Origin: Lama glama
Taxonomy: Eukaryota
Assembly: GCA_028534125.1 (NCBI GenBank)
Contig: CM052818.1
Location: 2,978,001-3,042,000 of the forward strand
Length of the DNA: 64,000 nt
Direction of reading: 5' to 3'
In this document: in pieces, positions 1-10,879 of the stretch
How positions within the stretch are numbered: position 1 is the stretch's first letter
Layout of the letters: every line of letters begins with the position of its first letter
Notes under the pieces: generated by a model
What the model saw: only the letters and a program-made list of their open reading frames with translations
The model's database searches: none
Told to the model about the DNA's origin: nothing
Position numbers and translations under genes: made by a program

Positions 1-1728
1 TGGACCTGTTTTCAGGCTGGGGCATAGCTCAGGTTCTGCCATGCGTGAAGACCCTCCCCCACCCCCACTGGGGCAGCAGGAGCAGCCAAGGGACTGCTGG
101 CTTTGACTCTTATGGCTGGCTGGCTAAGTGTCCCCACCTGTCACTCACATAGTCCCTTTTCTGTGTCCCAGCGCCTCAGGAAGAAGCCTAAGTGCCCATG
201 TGGGCCTCCCCAGAGGGACTGGAGAGTTAATTTTGCCATATTCTCTGAAGACAAGACTAACCCAGGATACCTGGGCAGCCTCTTCCTTCCCAGGGAGGCA
301 ACCATTCCACCTCTCCTGTGTCCTTTCCAAGCCTACCCTTGCCAGAAATCAAGTTCAGAATCCCTGATGCAGAGACTAAGTCCTCAACCTGCCTGGCACT
401 GGTTGCCCAGGCGCTGGATCCCTCCTGAATGGCAGAGTTGCTTGGGACCAGCCCATCCCATGCCCGAGGGGTCTAGAGGCCAGGATCCCGCTGCCCTGGG
501 GCACACCTGCTTGGGAAGCTCCTGGGGCAAGCCCACCTGGCTAGGTGACTGCAAGGCAGCCATCATTGATAGATCTAGAATCAAGGCCTCTCACATGGGG
601 TGAGCTGGTCCCAACCTGGATTCTGCAACTCAAGAGGGACCCGTGCAGGGGCAGACTGCTCTGGCCACCCATGGCAGAAGCAGTTTGGGCAGAAATGTCG
701 CAGGGTTCCTTCTCAGCTCTGCTGCCCAAAGATTCGGTGGCTGCAGTCACCTCCCCAGGGCAGTGCCGAGAGAGAGGGGCTGGGGTAGGGATCGTGAGAT
801 GACACCAGGCACCAAGAGGGAAGCCCAGCCACCGGATTGTTTCCTCATCTGTTTCTGGTCTCGTGGCAGCCAGGAGACCCCTCCCAGCCCCAGTCAGTGG
901 GTGTATAGGTTCTGCATACGTTAGGGTTAGAATGAGTGGAAACAGAGTCCTCCATGGTGTCCCAGGGGAAATAGCCAACAGCGCTCTAGCGAGTTAATGT
1001 CTTACTCAGGGCTTTCTTCTCTGCCCTTCTCTTGGGTTCTCTGGTTCTCTTTTCATGCTAACTCTGCAGGCTGTTCATTGCTGCCCACAGAGAGAGGCTG
1101 GAGCCCTCATGGCCCTAATGCTTCAGCACTCCGGGTAGCAGGTTCACTGAGAGGATGGGTTGGCCACAGGTAGAGAATGTTAGTCCTCAGAAAAAAGATT
1201 CGGAGCCACGGACATGTGCGACTCACTCTCTCATTCCATCCATGGGTCCATCCAGCACCCTCTGCCCCACGCAGTCCCTGCTTTGCTGCTGGCAGTTCCT
1301 GATGGATGACCCCACCCCATCCCAAGCCCTCACGGCCCTGCCAGCCTGAAGCGGCTGCTTTGGCCCAGTCCTGACAGCAGTTCTGGGGCTATTGCTACGT
1401 TTCTGGAGTTACCCCACTGCTTATGGTGCAAGCAGCTGGTGGATGACTGGTCCTCTCTGACAGCTGGGAACCCAGTGCAGAGCCGCCAAGTGGAGCTGGT
1501 CCTTTGCGGTGGCCAACAACAGGTCCTCTCTTGGGTGACCAGCTCCTGCCCCAAAGGCCACTGCCCTGCAAAGCCCCCAGCCCCCTGCTGTGTCTGTCCC
1601 TCTGGAGGCCCCACGGGAAGGCAGTGTCAGAGCCCAGCACTGCCCAGCAGGCCCCTCGGGTGGCCGCTGCACCAGCTGGGCTCCGCTGCCAGGCTTCCGC
1701 ACAGACCGTGTTCTCTGCATCTTTGCAG

Positions 1729-1838
1729 CTGCTGCCAAGTCCGAAAACACTGTGAGTGGTGCCGGGCCCTCATCTGCCGGCACGAGAAGCCCAGTGCCCT
1801 CCTGAAGGGAAGGACTGCTTGCTGCCACTCAGAAACAG
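1729..1838 (+). CDS. TGFA: TGF-alpha precursor, penultimate coding exon (exon 5 in human numbering), cytoplasmic tail
   Basis: Translates to (H)CCQVRKHCEWCRALICRHEKPSALLKGRTACCHSET, which matches the known proTGF-alpha cytoplasmic tail. Flanked by acceptor ctctgcatctttgcag (ends 1728) and donor ag|gtaagg (1839). Confidence 0.97.
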
Positions 1839-3654
1839 GTAAGGGGCCGTATCAAGGAAGGGCCTTTTTCCCCTGGGAGACACTATTGGGTAGAGAAAAG
1901 GACCACCTTTTCCAGGTCAGGACAGAAGTTCTTGGAGGATGAAACAGAATGAAGTGAGGAAAAGAAGAGGACATTTATCCTACCAAGTCACGTTTAGCTT
2001 ATTCTAGTGTGTATTTTACTCAGAAGAGAGCTGTTTTATCCTTACTGGTGACTGTGTGACCTTTAGCAAGTAACTTAACATCTCTGAGCCTCAGTTTTCT
2101 CTTTAAAAAGATGTGCAAACTGAATAAGTACTGATATAAAGTACCTAGTAGAGTGTACTGCAGACTGTAGACATGCAGCAGATGTCCATTCTCCTTCCTT
2201 GAGAAATCATCTCCCCTTTCCCATCAGTGAAATGAGGGATTTAGCCTACATAGAAGGTCTCAAAGCACTCTGAACTCTTAGAATCCTATGATCTTCATTT
2301 AGTTTACCAATATCCCCGAAAAAGATTGGATGTCTGGACATGAGGCCAAACCCATGTCTCAGGAGCCCTCATCTGGGCATCACTGGCCTGGGGCTCCTGG
2401 AATCAATTAGCAAATTTATCCCTACAAGCTCAGTGAAGTCGCGCATCATGAAGTGTTTCTGGAATGCTGGTGTGACCAACAGAGCCCGTCATAAACTTAG
2501 AGTTCCTTCTTAGAAAGTGGTGGGTCAGGAAACGGTCACCCCAGGCTCGTCCACCTGGGGGCGTCCTGCTCTGGTAAACAGTCTGCATTCCAGAAATTTA
2601 GAGTTGCATGGAGAGGGCCAGAAGAAAAGCAGCTGGAAAGCTGGACCACTGCCGTGTTCATTAGGGCTCCTGGGAATGTGACCTGGAGGGAACCGAAGGC
2701 CTAGGAGCGCCGTTTACTTTGTCTCAATCTCAAGAACCATTGTCATTATGTGTGAGCGGCTCTTTTAATTTAGGAAGATGCTAATTCATTAATCCTCATA
2801 GTAGTATGGGTAAACTGTGTCTGCCAAAGGCCTGCTTGGGTTCCACCGTGAGTCCCTGGGGGAGCCGATGAGTGCCAGGGCCTCTGAAGACCCCCTCACA
2901 TCTCCTCCACTACCTCGAGGAACCATCCCTTGAGTTAATGAAGGAAAATATTTTTACTTTGTATTTTAGCACCAATAGAAAAATTGCATATGCCTTTTGG
3001 AGAAAATTTATAGTAGATCTTGTACCATTGGTCTGCACCTCAGCAGAGTCATTTAGGGCAGAGTAAATTCCTTGTTAATGTTACTTCTCTCCCTACATTT
3101 GAGAGGATGTTAGCTTTGAACCTGGGGATGGGTCTGACCTTCCAGACAGATGGCCACCAAGGCTGAAGCCCCTCTCCTTCAGATGATGGGTACCTTCCCA
3201 CCTCCAGAGGAACCACGGAAGGGACCAGAGCAGCAAGATGTCCAGGCTGGGCTGGACTCAGGAGCTGCTAGGGCCTGGGTGCACGCTGCCTCGCCGTGAC
3301 CGGCACAGAGGACACCCTCAGGGCCCACCCATTGAGAAAGAAGGGGGATCTGTTCTTGTATGGCCTCAGGAAGCCAGTCTGCTGCCAGAGCCCTGGACCA
3401 GCTCATGAGCTCTGCCCACTAAGCCACCCCTGATGAGGGAACTGGCCGCAGACTGGGCTGAGTCACCGACAGCGCAGTTTCAGGAGCTGCTGCCCCTGCA
3501 GCTAAACCAGCAGGATGTGGACTTGACTGCCCAGGGGGACCTGGTGACTTGGGGACTTTGGCTGATGCCTCCCCAAGTTTCAGTCCCGGGCCTGTTCTCC
3601 CAGCCTGGCTGGGGTCTGGCCCGCGGAGCTTAACCTGTTTTCCCTTCCTTCCAG
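1839..3654 (+). other. TGFA: TGFA last intron (GT...AG, phase 1, 1816 bp)
   Basis: gtaagg donor; branch-like cttaac plus pyrimidine tract ctgttttcccttccttccag ending at 3654. Confidence 0.93.
2040..2175 (+). mobile_element. MIR SINE fragment (intronic)
   Basis: MIR core ctgtgtgacctttagcaagtaacttaacatctctgagcctcagttttctc. Confidence 0.75.
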
Positions 3655-3662
3655 TGGTCTGA
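3655..3662 (+). CDS. TGFA: TGFA last exon, coding part (Val-Val-stop)
   Basis: The G left over from the previous exon plus TG GTC TGA gives V-V-stop, completing the known ...HSETVV terminus. Confidence 0.95.
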
Positions 3663-6420
3663 AGAGCGCAGAGGAGGAGTCCTGCCAGGTGGACCGCGGC
3701 AGCCCGATGAAGAAAGAACTTCTTGAGGACGGCCCGGCGAGGGCTGTCTGGGACGTGCCAGCAGGCCTGTCCCCTCTGCCCGCGATCGACTCTGTGGGCT
3801 TTTCGTCTTTCGTGGGCCTTCCTTCAAAACTCTGTCCAGGACTCTGTCTGCTTGGGGTTATTCGGTGTGACCTGGAGAAGAAATCAGTGGACCACAGTTT
3901 AAAGACTGGTCAAAAATGAACGGCAGAGGGGTGGAGCCGCTGTTTACCTAGTTAGCGTGTGCGTGGGCATCCGCGTCGAGGCATGTGTGGGTGTGTTCTG
4001 CCCGTCACAGATGCCAGGCTGTGTTTCTTTTCACAGCAGTCTCCATCCTGCCCCACACCGGAGATTCCTATCATATCGTTGCAGTTGTTTCTTATCCGCG
4101 TATTGGGGAAGAAGGTGGAGAAAACAAAATCGCCTTTTGCTACGTGAAGTCATCGGCAAGGAGGAGCCGTGCCTGTCCTCTGTCCACGGAACCCTCAACC
4201 AGCCCGGTGTCTTCCACGGACTTGTGATGTTGAAGATCGTCCCAAGCCTTTGCCACCCTCGGAGATAATTTCTTATTTATGAGACAGATGATAGTTTTAT
4301 TTTTAATCTCTTAAGTCAATGTAAAAAGCATAAAACCCGTTCAGACTTCTACGTTACTGATGTATGTATTGCTGGCTGGAAAGCTATACTGATTAGAAAT
4401 GTCTGGTCTCTTTGGGACAGCTAAAGCTTGGGAAAAGCCACCCAGGATGGGTAGAGATGGGAGCAGAGGATGAGTTGCTACTGAGAGTTGCTAAGATCGG
4501 GGTCCAGAGGTCATGCCATTTAATGCACAAAGCAGATGGATGCTCCAGGGTACATTCCTGTTGAAAAGTTAGCAGATCTAGCCGTGGAGATCTGTCACCT
4601 TGTCAAGGAAGAGGCAGAGGGCCTCTGTGGGCATCCACATGGGATAAACACAATACTCACTCCACTGCTCTGGTCTTTAATGTGTTAACTTTCTCGTGAG
4701 CCGTCCGAGAGCCTGTTTAGAAATAGAGCCTCAGCAGAGAGCCACGGGCATTTGGGGCTGCGTCCATGAAAGAGGGACCAGTCACTTATTTTTCCATGTT
4801 GTTGCTTAGTTGATTTGTTGCTTTATTTCTAAAAGGAGAAATTTAACTTTCCTATTTATTTTCAAGTATAGGAGAAATAGTCCAATGATTTTTTTTTCTT
4901 TTCCATTCAGGATGCTGGTTTTATTAACAAAAAGCACTAAGGAGCCGCCGCCACTGTGTGAGTCTCACTTTTCCCCGAGAGATGGAGAAATTGTTCTCCT
5001 GGGCATCTGGGAACCTTCAGACCCAGTGGGCTTGCCAGTAGGAAGCATCGATCCGCTCCCACCACACAGCGGGAGCTCATCCCCAGAAATTATCATTAAA
5101 ATTTGGAAACAGGATAACAATGAAATGATACACAAACGCCTTACGTGAGGGAACTCTTTATTCACTGATAGTTGAAAAATGGAAGAGGTCTACCTATTAA
5201 CCCTTCAGTGCACCTAGCTCCTCACATCATGAAAAGGACCTTTAAAATACGTCAAGTTGGCTTGAAATTTCTATCAGGTGATTTTGGCCTCCCCTGATTC
5301 TTCCTTCCCAGGCTGTCAGTTTCAATGGATTTTCTCTGTATTTCTTACAACTGGGACAATTACATGACCATGTCCTACCTTTGGCACTTTTACTAAATGA
5401 TGCTGCAGCCGAAGCACCAAGAGCAGAGATGGGATCTGCTCACCAGCAGCAGGCCCCCAGCGGTGGAATTGACACAGCTCCTGGGGTTCAGTCATGTTAG
5501 AAGACAGGCTTAAGTTTGTATCCCCGGTCCTACAGCAGTGAATCTGGGAGCTGAGGCTTCACCATAGCACGTTGCTCAGAGACCGATCCAACTGACACTG
5601 GTTCGTGGACCCCAGTTTGCACTCACTCTTCAGAGACTAACGAAAGGGGAGTAGCAACATTCGCTTTTAACTTGAGATCACATTTTTACTTTAGGACAAT
5701 CTTTCTTCCATCTTTTAGAGACTATTTGAGGTCTGGTTGCCTTTAAAGAGTAGGAACTGATGTTGAGAGTGTCTTGTGGGGCTGTCTTCCCCTGATGGGT
5801 GGAAGGATCAGTGTCTAGTCTTCAGGCACACGAGCCTTTGCAGAGAGGTGAGAAGACAGGATGGACGCACAGGGAGCCCTGCAGGGACTTCAGAGTGCCT
5901 GTGAATGTTCTAGTCCAGCAAGCCACAGTGCCGGTGCCCCCTTCCTTGTGCCTGTACGACCTGCAGCTAACAGGCTCAGATGTGTGCCTCCCTAGAAGCG
6001 CCTCTCAAAACAGTCCTCTGTAAACCAGGAGGTCTGAAACGAGTTGCAAGCAGAGGCTGGGGTCAAGGCAGGCCTGGTTGGACCCTTGTCCACGCCCCAG
6101 GATATGGGAACCTTTTCTTTAGTGATTTCTTTTTAAGAAATCAGGTGGCCAACAAGCATTGGATTCCTGTGCCATTTCATGGCATTGGTACTTCTTTGGT
6201 TCGTTGTAAAAAAGCCCGCTTTTCAGGTTAAAAACCATCTTCTAATCGATCTCTGTCGGTTCCCCATATTTCCTTGCTTTGGAGAAAGCCAAGTTTGCTG
6301 TGATTAGGGACGCCTTCTCAAGATCTGACCTGGTAGGTAGCCACACACCTGTGCGGTGGGGAACACGGCTGTTTCTAAAGTCTCTCTCAGGACAAATGAA
6401 AAAACCCTAATTTAAAAAGA

Positions 6421-6560
6421 GGGGGCTGGAGCATAGCTCAGTGGCAGAACACCTGCTTAACATGAACTGGGTTGTGGGTTGAATCCCCAGTACCTCTGTT
6501 AAAAAAAATAAAGAAATAAGCCTAATTAATTCCACTCCCCCAAATAAATAAATAAATAAG
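6421..6560 (+). mobile_element. vic-1-like tRNA-derived SINE inside TGFA 3'UTR (sense)
   Basis: A box tagctcagtggcaga, B box gggttgaatcccc, tail with cctaattaat and (aaat)n. Confidence 0.85.
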
Positions 6561-7627
6561 AATACAAATGGGCTTCTTGTTAAAGCTGCTACACAATTTT
6601 AAAAATGAATAAATCTTTAAAAATTTTAATAGGGGGAAGAGGGTGCTTCCAAATCTCTTCTGGAGCCTGGATTCTCCCACTGGTCTACAGGCTGTGACTG
6701 CTCTAGGCATCCTGGCAGGAAGCGTTTTCTCCTAGATAGAACGCTATACACCAGCCAAATCTGAAAGTGACATGTGTCACCAAACAAATAAGAGCCTGCC
6801 ATCATGAGCCAGCAGAGGAGGTGGGCAGAATGTCCCCAGAGTCTATTTTCCCAGGAAAGGAGAAGGTGAAATTGACATTCCCCCACCCACACTGGTCAGG
6901 GAGGAGGTGCATTCTAGAGCTTCCTGGGAGCCTGTTCTGTGCAGATGGAGGAGCGTCTGGCATCGTCAGGTTGCCCAGGGCCAGGCTACCTCAGTGCACG
7001 TGGGCTGCTGGCTGCTTTTCCAGGCAGTTTTAGCAGGAACGGATCAACGAGACTCCAGCACTGCTCATAAGACCCCGACCCCTTAGGAGGATCTTGGCTT
7101 TGCTTTCTCCCAGCCTGCTCAGCTGAGGAGGGAGCAGGGGGATGATTCAAAAGCCCAGGACCAAGGGGGACATCACAGAAACAAGTTGAACACATATTTG
7201 TTCTTGATGTTCTAACATAAGACCTGTTCTCTGTAGCCACTGATTTTACCAGGCTTTCTAAAAGATAGAGTGGTAAACACACACACAGGATTGAAACCAA
7301 CCCCTCTTCCTAGTGTAATAATTCACTGAAGTGTTCAGCTTTTCATTATCTTCATTATAACAAACCTGATGCTTTTTTTTTTTAGAACTTGTTACTCTGA
7401 CTTCTGTATATGTTGCACTGAAAAGGTTAATATTTAATGTTTTAATTTATTTTGTGTGGTAAGTTAATTTTGATTTCTGTAATGCATTAATGTGATTGGC
7501 AGTTCTTTTCCTTAATATCTGAATTATACTTATTTAAAGAGTAGTGAGCAATAGAAAATGCAGTTGTGTTTTTCAGTAATGTGTATTGTTGTTCAGTTGT
7601 ACTGTACCCTGTTTGGAAGGATGAAGG

Positions 7628-7633
7628 AATGAA
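7628..7633 (+). promoter_or_regulatory. TGFA: Probable non-canonical poly(A) signal AATGAA of TGFA
   Basis: AATGAA about 15 nt before the inferred mRNA end; no AATAAA in the terminal block. Confidence 0.55.
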
Positions 7634-7715
7634 CTTTTTTTTTCCTAAATCAAGACTGGAGCTTTTCTTTCATGAGATTGGGCTATTACCAGAGCACATT
7701 AAGAGAGTGTGTGCT

Positions 7716-7817
7716 GGGAGGAGGGTATCGTGCGATGGCAGAGCGCATGCTTAGCGTGCACGAGGTCCTGGGTTCCATCCACAGTACTGCCTCTTAAAAA
7801 ATAAATAAATAAATAAA
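7716..7817 (+). mobile_element. vic-1-like SINE
   Basis: gagggtatcg...gagcgcatgcttagcgtgcacgaggtcctgggttcc followed by an (aaat)n tail. Confidence 0.85.
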
Positions 7818-7838
7818 CAGGGGACTGTGTGTTAATAG

Positions 7839-8008
7839 CCGTGATTCTCCAAGCTGGTCCCCAGACCAGGAACATCATAATCACCTGGGAACATCTGAGG
7901 AATGCAGATTTTCAAGCCCCGCCCCAGACCTTATTACACTCTAGAGGTGCCCCTGCCCCCTCCACCTTCCAGGTGATTGTATGAAACATGCTCGTTTGAG
8001 AACCACTG
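7839..8008. mobile_element. MER5A-like hAT-Charlie MITE
   Basis: gtgattctccaa...atcacctggga...aatgcagatt...gccccagacc...tttgagaaccactg. Confidence 0.75.
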
Positions 8009-8669
8009 TGCTGTAGGACTCGGCAGAGGGCAAATTTGTGTGGGGCTACAGTTTTTAGGAAAAGCATTCAATAGGCTTTTCAGAGGCACTGAAACTTCAC
8101 ACAGTTTACCCCTCAGTGTTCAAAGTGAATGGCCATCGGACAGTACAGTCTCAGAACAGGGCTTACGTTTTTCTGGATCTTCCCTGCTGAGCCTCGTGAA
8201 AGAAGAAAACAGGCCACCCCACCCCGACTCACACACCCCTGCTCCCCACTAACCAGTTTCTCACTGTAAGGAACTGTTCTAAAATTGTCCACCCGGTTCT
8301 TACAAGCCCCGCTGCACTTGAGTTCCCATTCTCTGCCCTTTTAACCCACGTGCAGACCTCACATGTCCCACGATGTCAAGGGAGCATGTGGAGGAGCAGT
8401 AGGGAGTGAAATAGATGCTGGAGGGTGTGTGATCTTGGTCCCGAGGAAGGTCTCTCCAATAATGACACCCCCAGGGCTAGATTCTCAGGGCCCCTCCCCC
8501 CCAGCTCCAGCTCTCACCACCCTTCATTTACACCAGTCCTCCCCCTGTCCCTTCTGCCCTGGGGTGGTGATGGCTTCCAACAGTTGCTAGTTTTAATGCT
8601 GCCAATCTTGCCTCCCCCTCCCTCCCATCCACCCCCACCCTTGCTTTTTAATTTCCAGGAATGCTTAAC

Positions 8670-9013
8670 CAGAGGCTAAAAATTCAAATGCCACCGGGAG
8701 TGAAGCTGTTCGTCTGAATTAGTGCAACTGCTGGATGGGAACATAAATGCCCATGAGTAGTTCGAATCTGGAGAGGGAGATGGACACTGTGATAAACTGG
8801 GGTCCACAGACTTCTTCTGAAAGGGGACAATCACTTACTGCTAGCCCGTGGTGGATATCCAGCAAGATGGCCTGATTTTCCGTTTTTCCAAGAGAAGCAG
8901 AAAATCTGGGCTTTTTCGTGAAATAGCTCTGTTTCTAAACGTGGCTCAAATTTGAAACCACTCTGTGGCCCCAACCGAAATCTGTCCGCAGGTCACCATC
9001 CTTTGCAGCCTCC
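8670..9013. mobile_element. MER45-like hAT-Tip100 element
   Basis: cagaggctaaaaattcaaatgcc... and ...ttccaagagaagcagaaaatctgg...tttgcagcctcc resemble MER45B. Confidence 0.5.
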
Positions 9014-9180
9014 ACTCTCAAGCTGTTCGCTTGTCTCCCTTCCACGCCTCTCTGCCTTCACAGTTCTTTTTGCTGAGAATGGCTTTATCTGCTTCTTGGC
9101 CTGAGAAACTTTTGTTTCTTCAAGAACAGGTTCACACCTCACTTTGTCTCTGGAGCCTTCTTGCAGCCCCCAGACAGAGC

Positions 9181-9990
9181 CTACCCAGAGCACACTGGCT
9201 TCATTCAGCCTCCTCGACCCTCCCTGAGTTCCAAAAGACAAGATTCAAACAGTTGCTAATTAGGGAAGGGAGGAAATGCAGAAACAAGGGAGCAACAATC
9301 AAGAAACAACAGTGCAGCCTTGAGGCTGGGTCCTGGTTACCAAGGCCCCCAGGGTCATACCCCCGCCCCTCCCTCAAATAGACACCAATTACTCTTTTTT
9401 TTTTTTTTGAAGTGTGGTCGATTTACAATGTTAGTTTCAGATGTACAGCAAAGCAATTCAGTTATACATACACTTTTTTTTTCATATTCTTTTCCAGTAC
9501 AGCTCATTACAAAAAGTTGAATGTAGTTCCCTATAAAGAAACCAGTTCCCCTTGTCTAAGAGTCAGGAGGCAAAGAGAAGAAACAAGAACCGGTTAGGAC
9601 CTACAAAGCCCAAGATGATGACAGATTTGACTTCCAGTGGACCTCGAGCTTCATTATACAGTCACTACAATTCATTAGCATGCTAAATGACACGCCCATC
9701 AGCGCCATGACAGTTGACGATGACAATCACTGGAAAAACCCAGGTACCAGGACCGAAAAGAAAGGCAATTGGCTCCAGCACATCCAGAATGAGGACATGA
9801 CAGCAGAAAAGCCCCACGTGACCCAAGCCGCAGCTGGAGCTGTCTCGACCGGCCATCTTTGCTGATGGACGGCTCCCCGCTCAAATGTTTTTCTTCCCTT
9901 CTTTCTGCTCTGATTGTGTCAGTTTCTTGGGAAGCTCTTCTTCACCCCCCGCCCCCGGCCAACCTGGAGGTGTTTTGTTTGTTTGTAATA
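9181..9990 (+). mobile_element. MER41-related ERV1 LTR, copy A (interrupted by L1; ends approximate)
   Basis: Contains the MER41 hallmark attagcatgctaaatgacacgcccatcagcgccatgacagtt. Confidence 0.65.
9395..9532 (-). mobile_element. L1 3' end inserted in the LTR
   Basis: Poly(T) followed by gaagtgtggtcgatttacaatgttagtttcagatgtacagc..., the reverse complement of the L1 3'UTR seen elsewhere in the window. Confidence 0.85.
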
Positions 9991-10001
9991 TGCTCTCATG
10001 A

Positions 10002-10646
10002 TGAGACAAGCAGGAAGGGGGCAGAGCACAGCCATTCAAGAAATAACATAGCAGTTAACACCAAGGTTGCGGAAAATTCAGTTCCCAGCAGGTTTGGAGG
10101 CCCATGATGGCAGGAGATTGGACTTGCAGTAGACCTTGAGCTTCATTATACGCTCGTTGTAATATATTAGCCCCTAAACGTCACTCCCACAGGCACCATG
10201 ACAGTTCTGAGGCTGACCAAGAAAGGTCAAAAAGTGGGCAGTGGCCCAGTTCCTGGGAACCCCAGCCCCTTCCCCAAAGTATTTGGAATAATCCCCCCAC
10301 TTGTTAGCACAGGAAATAAGCAAGCCCATGAAAACTAACAACCCGGCACCACATGGCCGCTCTCCCTTCTGAGTGAAAAGGACAGCACTCTGTCGATGGA
10401 GCGTGTAACTACTTTTACTTTAAACTGAGCCCCCAATTCCCATACCTCCTGGCCTTTCTCTCACCTTCTGAAACAGCCCGCACTCTGTCTGTGGAGTATG
10501 TATATCTCTGAATAAATCTACTTTACTCAACCGTGGCTCACTCTTGAATTCTTTCCTGTGCGAAGCCAAGGACCCACACTTGGCAGGGCACATCCCAGGG
10601 ACTCAGCCAAGACCTGGAATAGAGCTACACTCATTCTCCTGTATCA
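10002..10646 (+). mobile_element. MER41-related ERV1 solo LTR, copy B
   Basis: TG...CA ends with an imperfect inverted repeat (tgagacaag / cctgtatca); AATAAA at 10511; U5 cttgaattctttcctgtgcgaagccaagg; MER41 core repeated. Confidence 0.75.
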
Positions 10647-10739
10647 ACGCTATCTCACTCCATTCCTTCAGTGTCCTTATTCCAGGGGCTCTACTCCACT
10701 ACTGTGACTATCTGCTGAATCCTGGTCTCCCTCCTAATG

Positions 10740-10862
10740 TTGATCTTACAACTCCTGGCTCTTACCATGAGTTCAGGATGTGCCTATCTGTACACCATTA
10801 AAATCCCAGAGCCTTGCACATACCTAGCATATATAGGTATTCAATAAAAATTTGCTGAATGA
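10740..10862 (+). mobile_element. L2 3' end
   Basis: ...cctagcatatataggtattcaataaaaatttgctgaatga. Confidence 0.65.
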
Positions 10863-10879
10863 GACCCTATGGGGAACTC

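Larger units (their letters stand above)
3663..7650 (+). other. TGFA: TGFA long 3'UTR (end approximate)
   Basis: Follows the stop codon. The start (agagcgcagaggaggag...) and the AU-rich terminal block (...gaaggatgaaggaatgaacttttttttttcctaaa) resemble the human TGFA mRNA ends as I recall them. Confidence 0.8.

Noticed and set aside
103..1728. Several 60-170 aa ORFs upstream of the TGFA exon, including the N-terminal part of ORF 1439-1942
   Set aside because: GC-rich intronic sequence with no recognisable protein. Only 1729-1838 matches TGFA and has splice sites. The EGF/transmembrane exon is not in the window.
3400..4470. Possible acceptors for the other recalled human valine-less variant (ending ATLG), e.g. 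aag|ccacccctg at ~3423, cag|ctaaag at ~4420 and aag|ccacccagg at ~4437
   Set aside because: None gives ATLG-stop and the pyrimidine tracts are weak; they cannot be assigned without an alignment.
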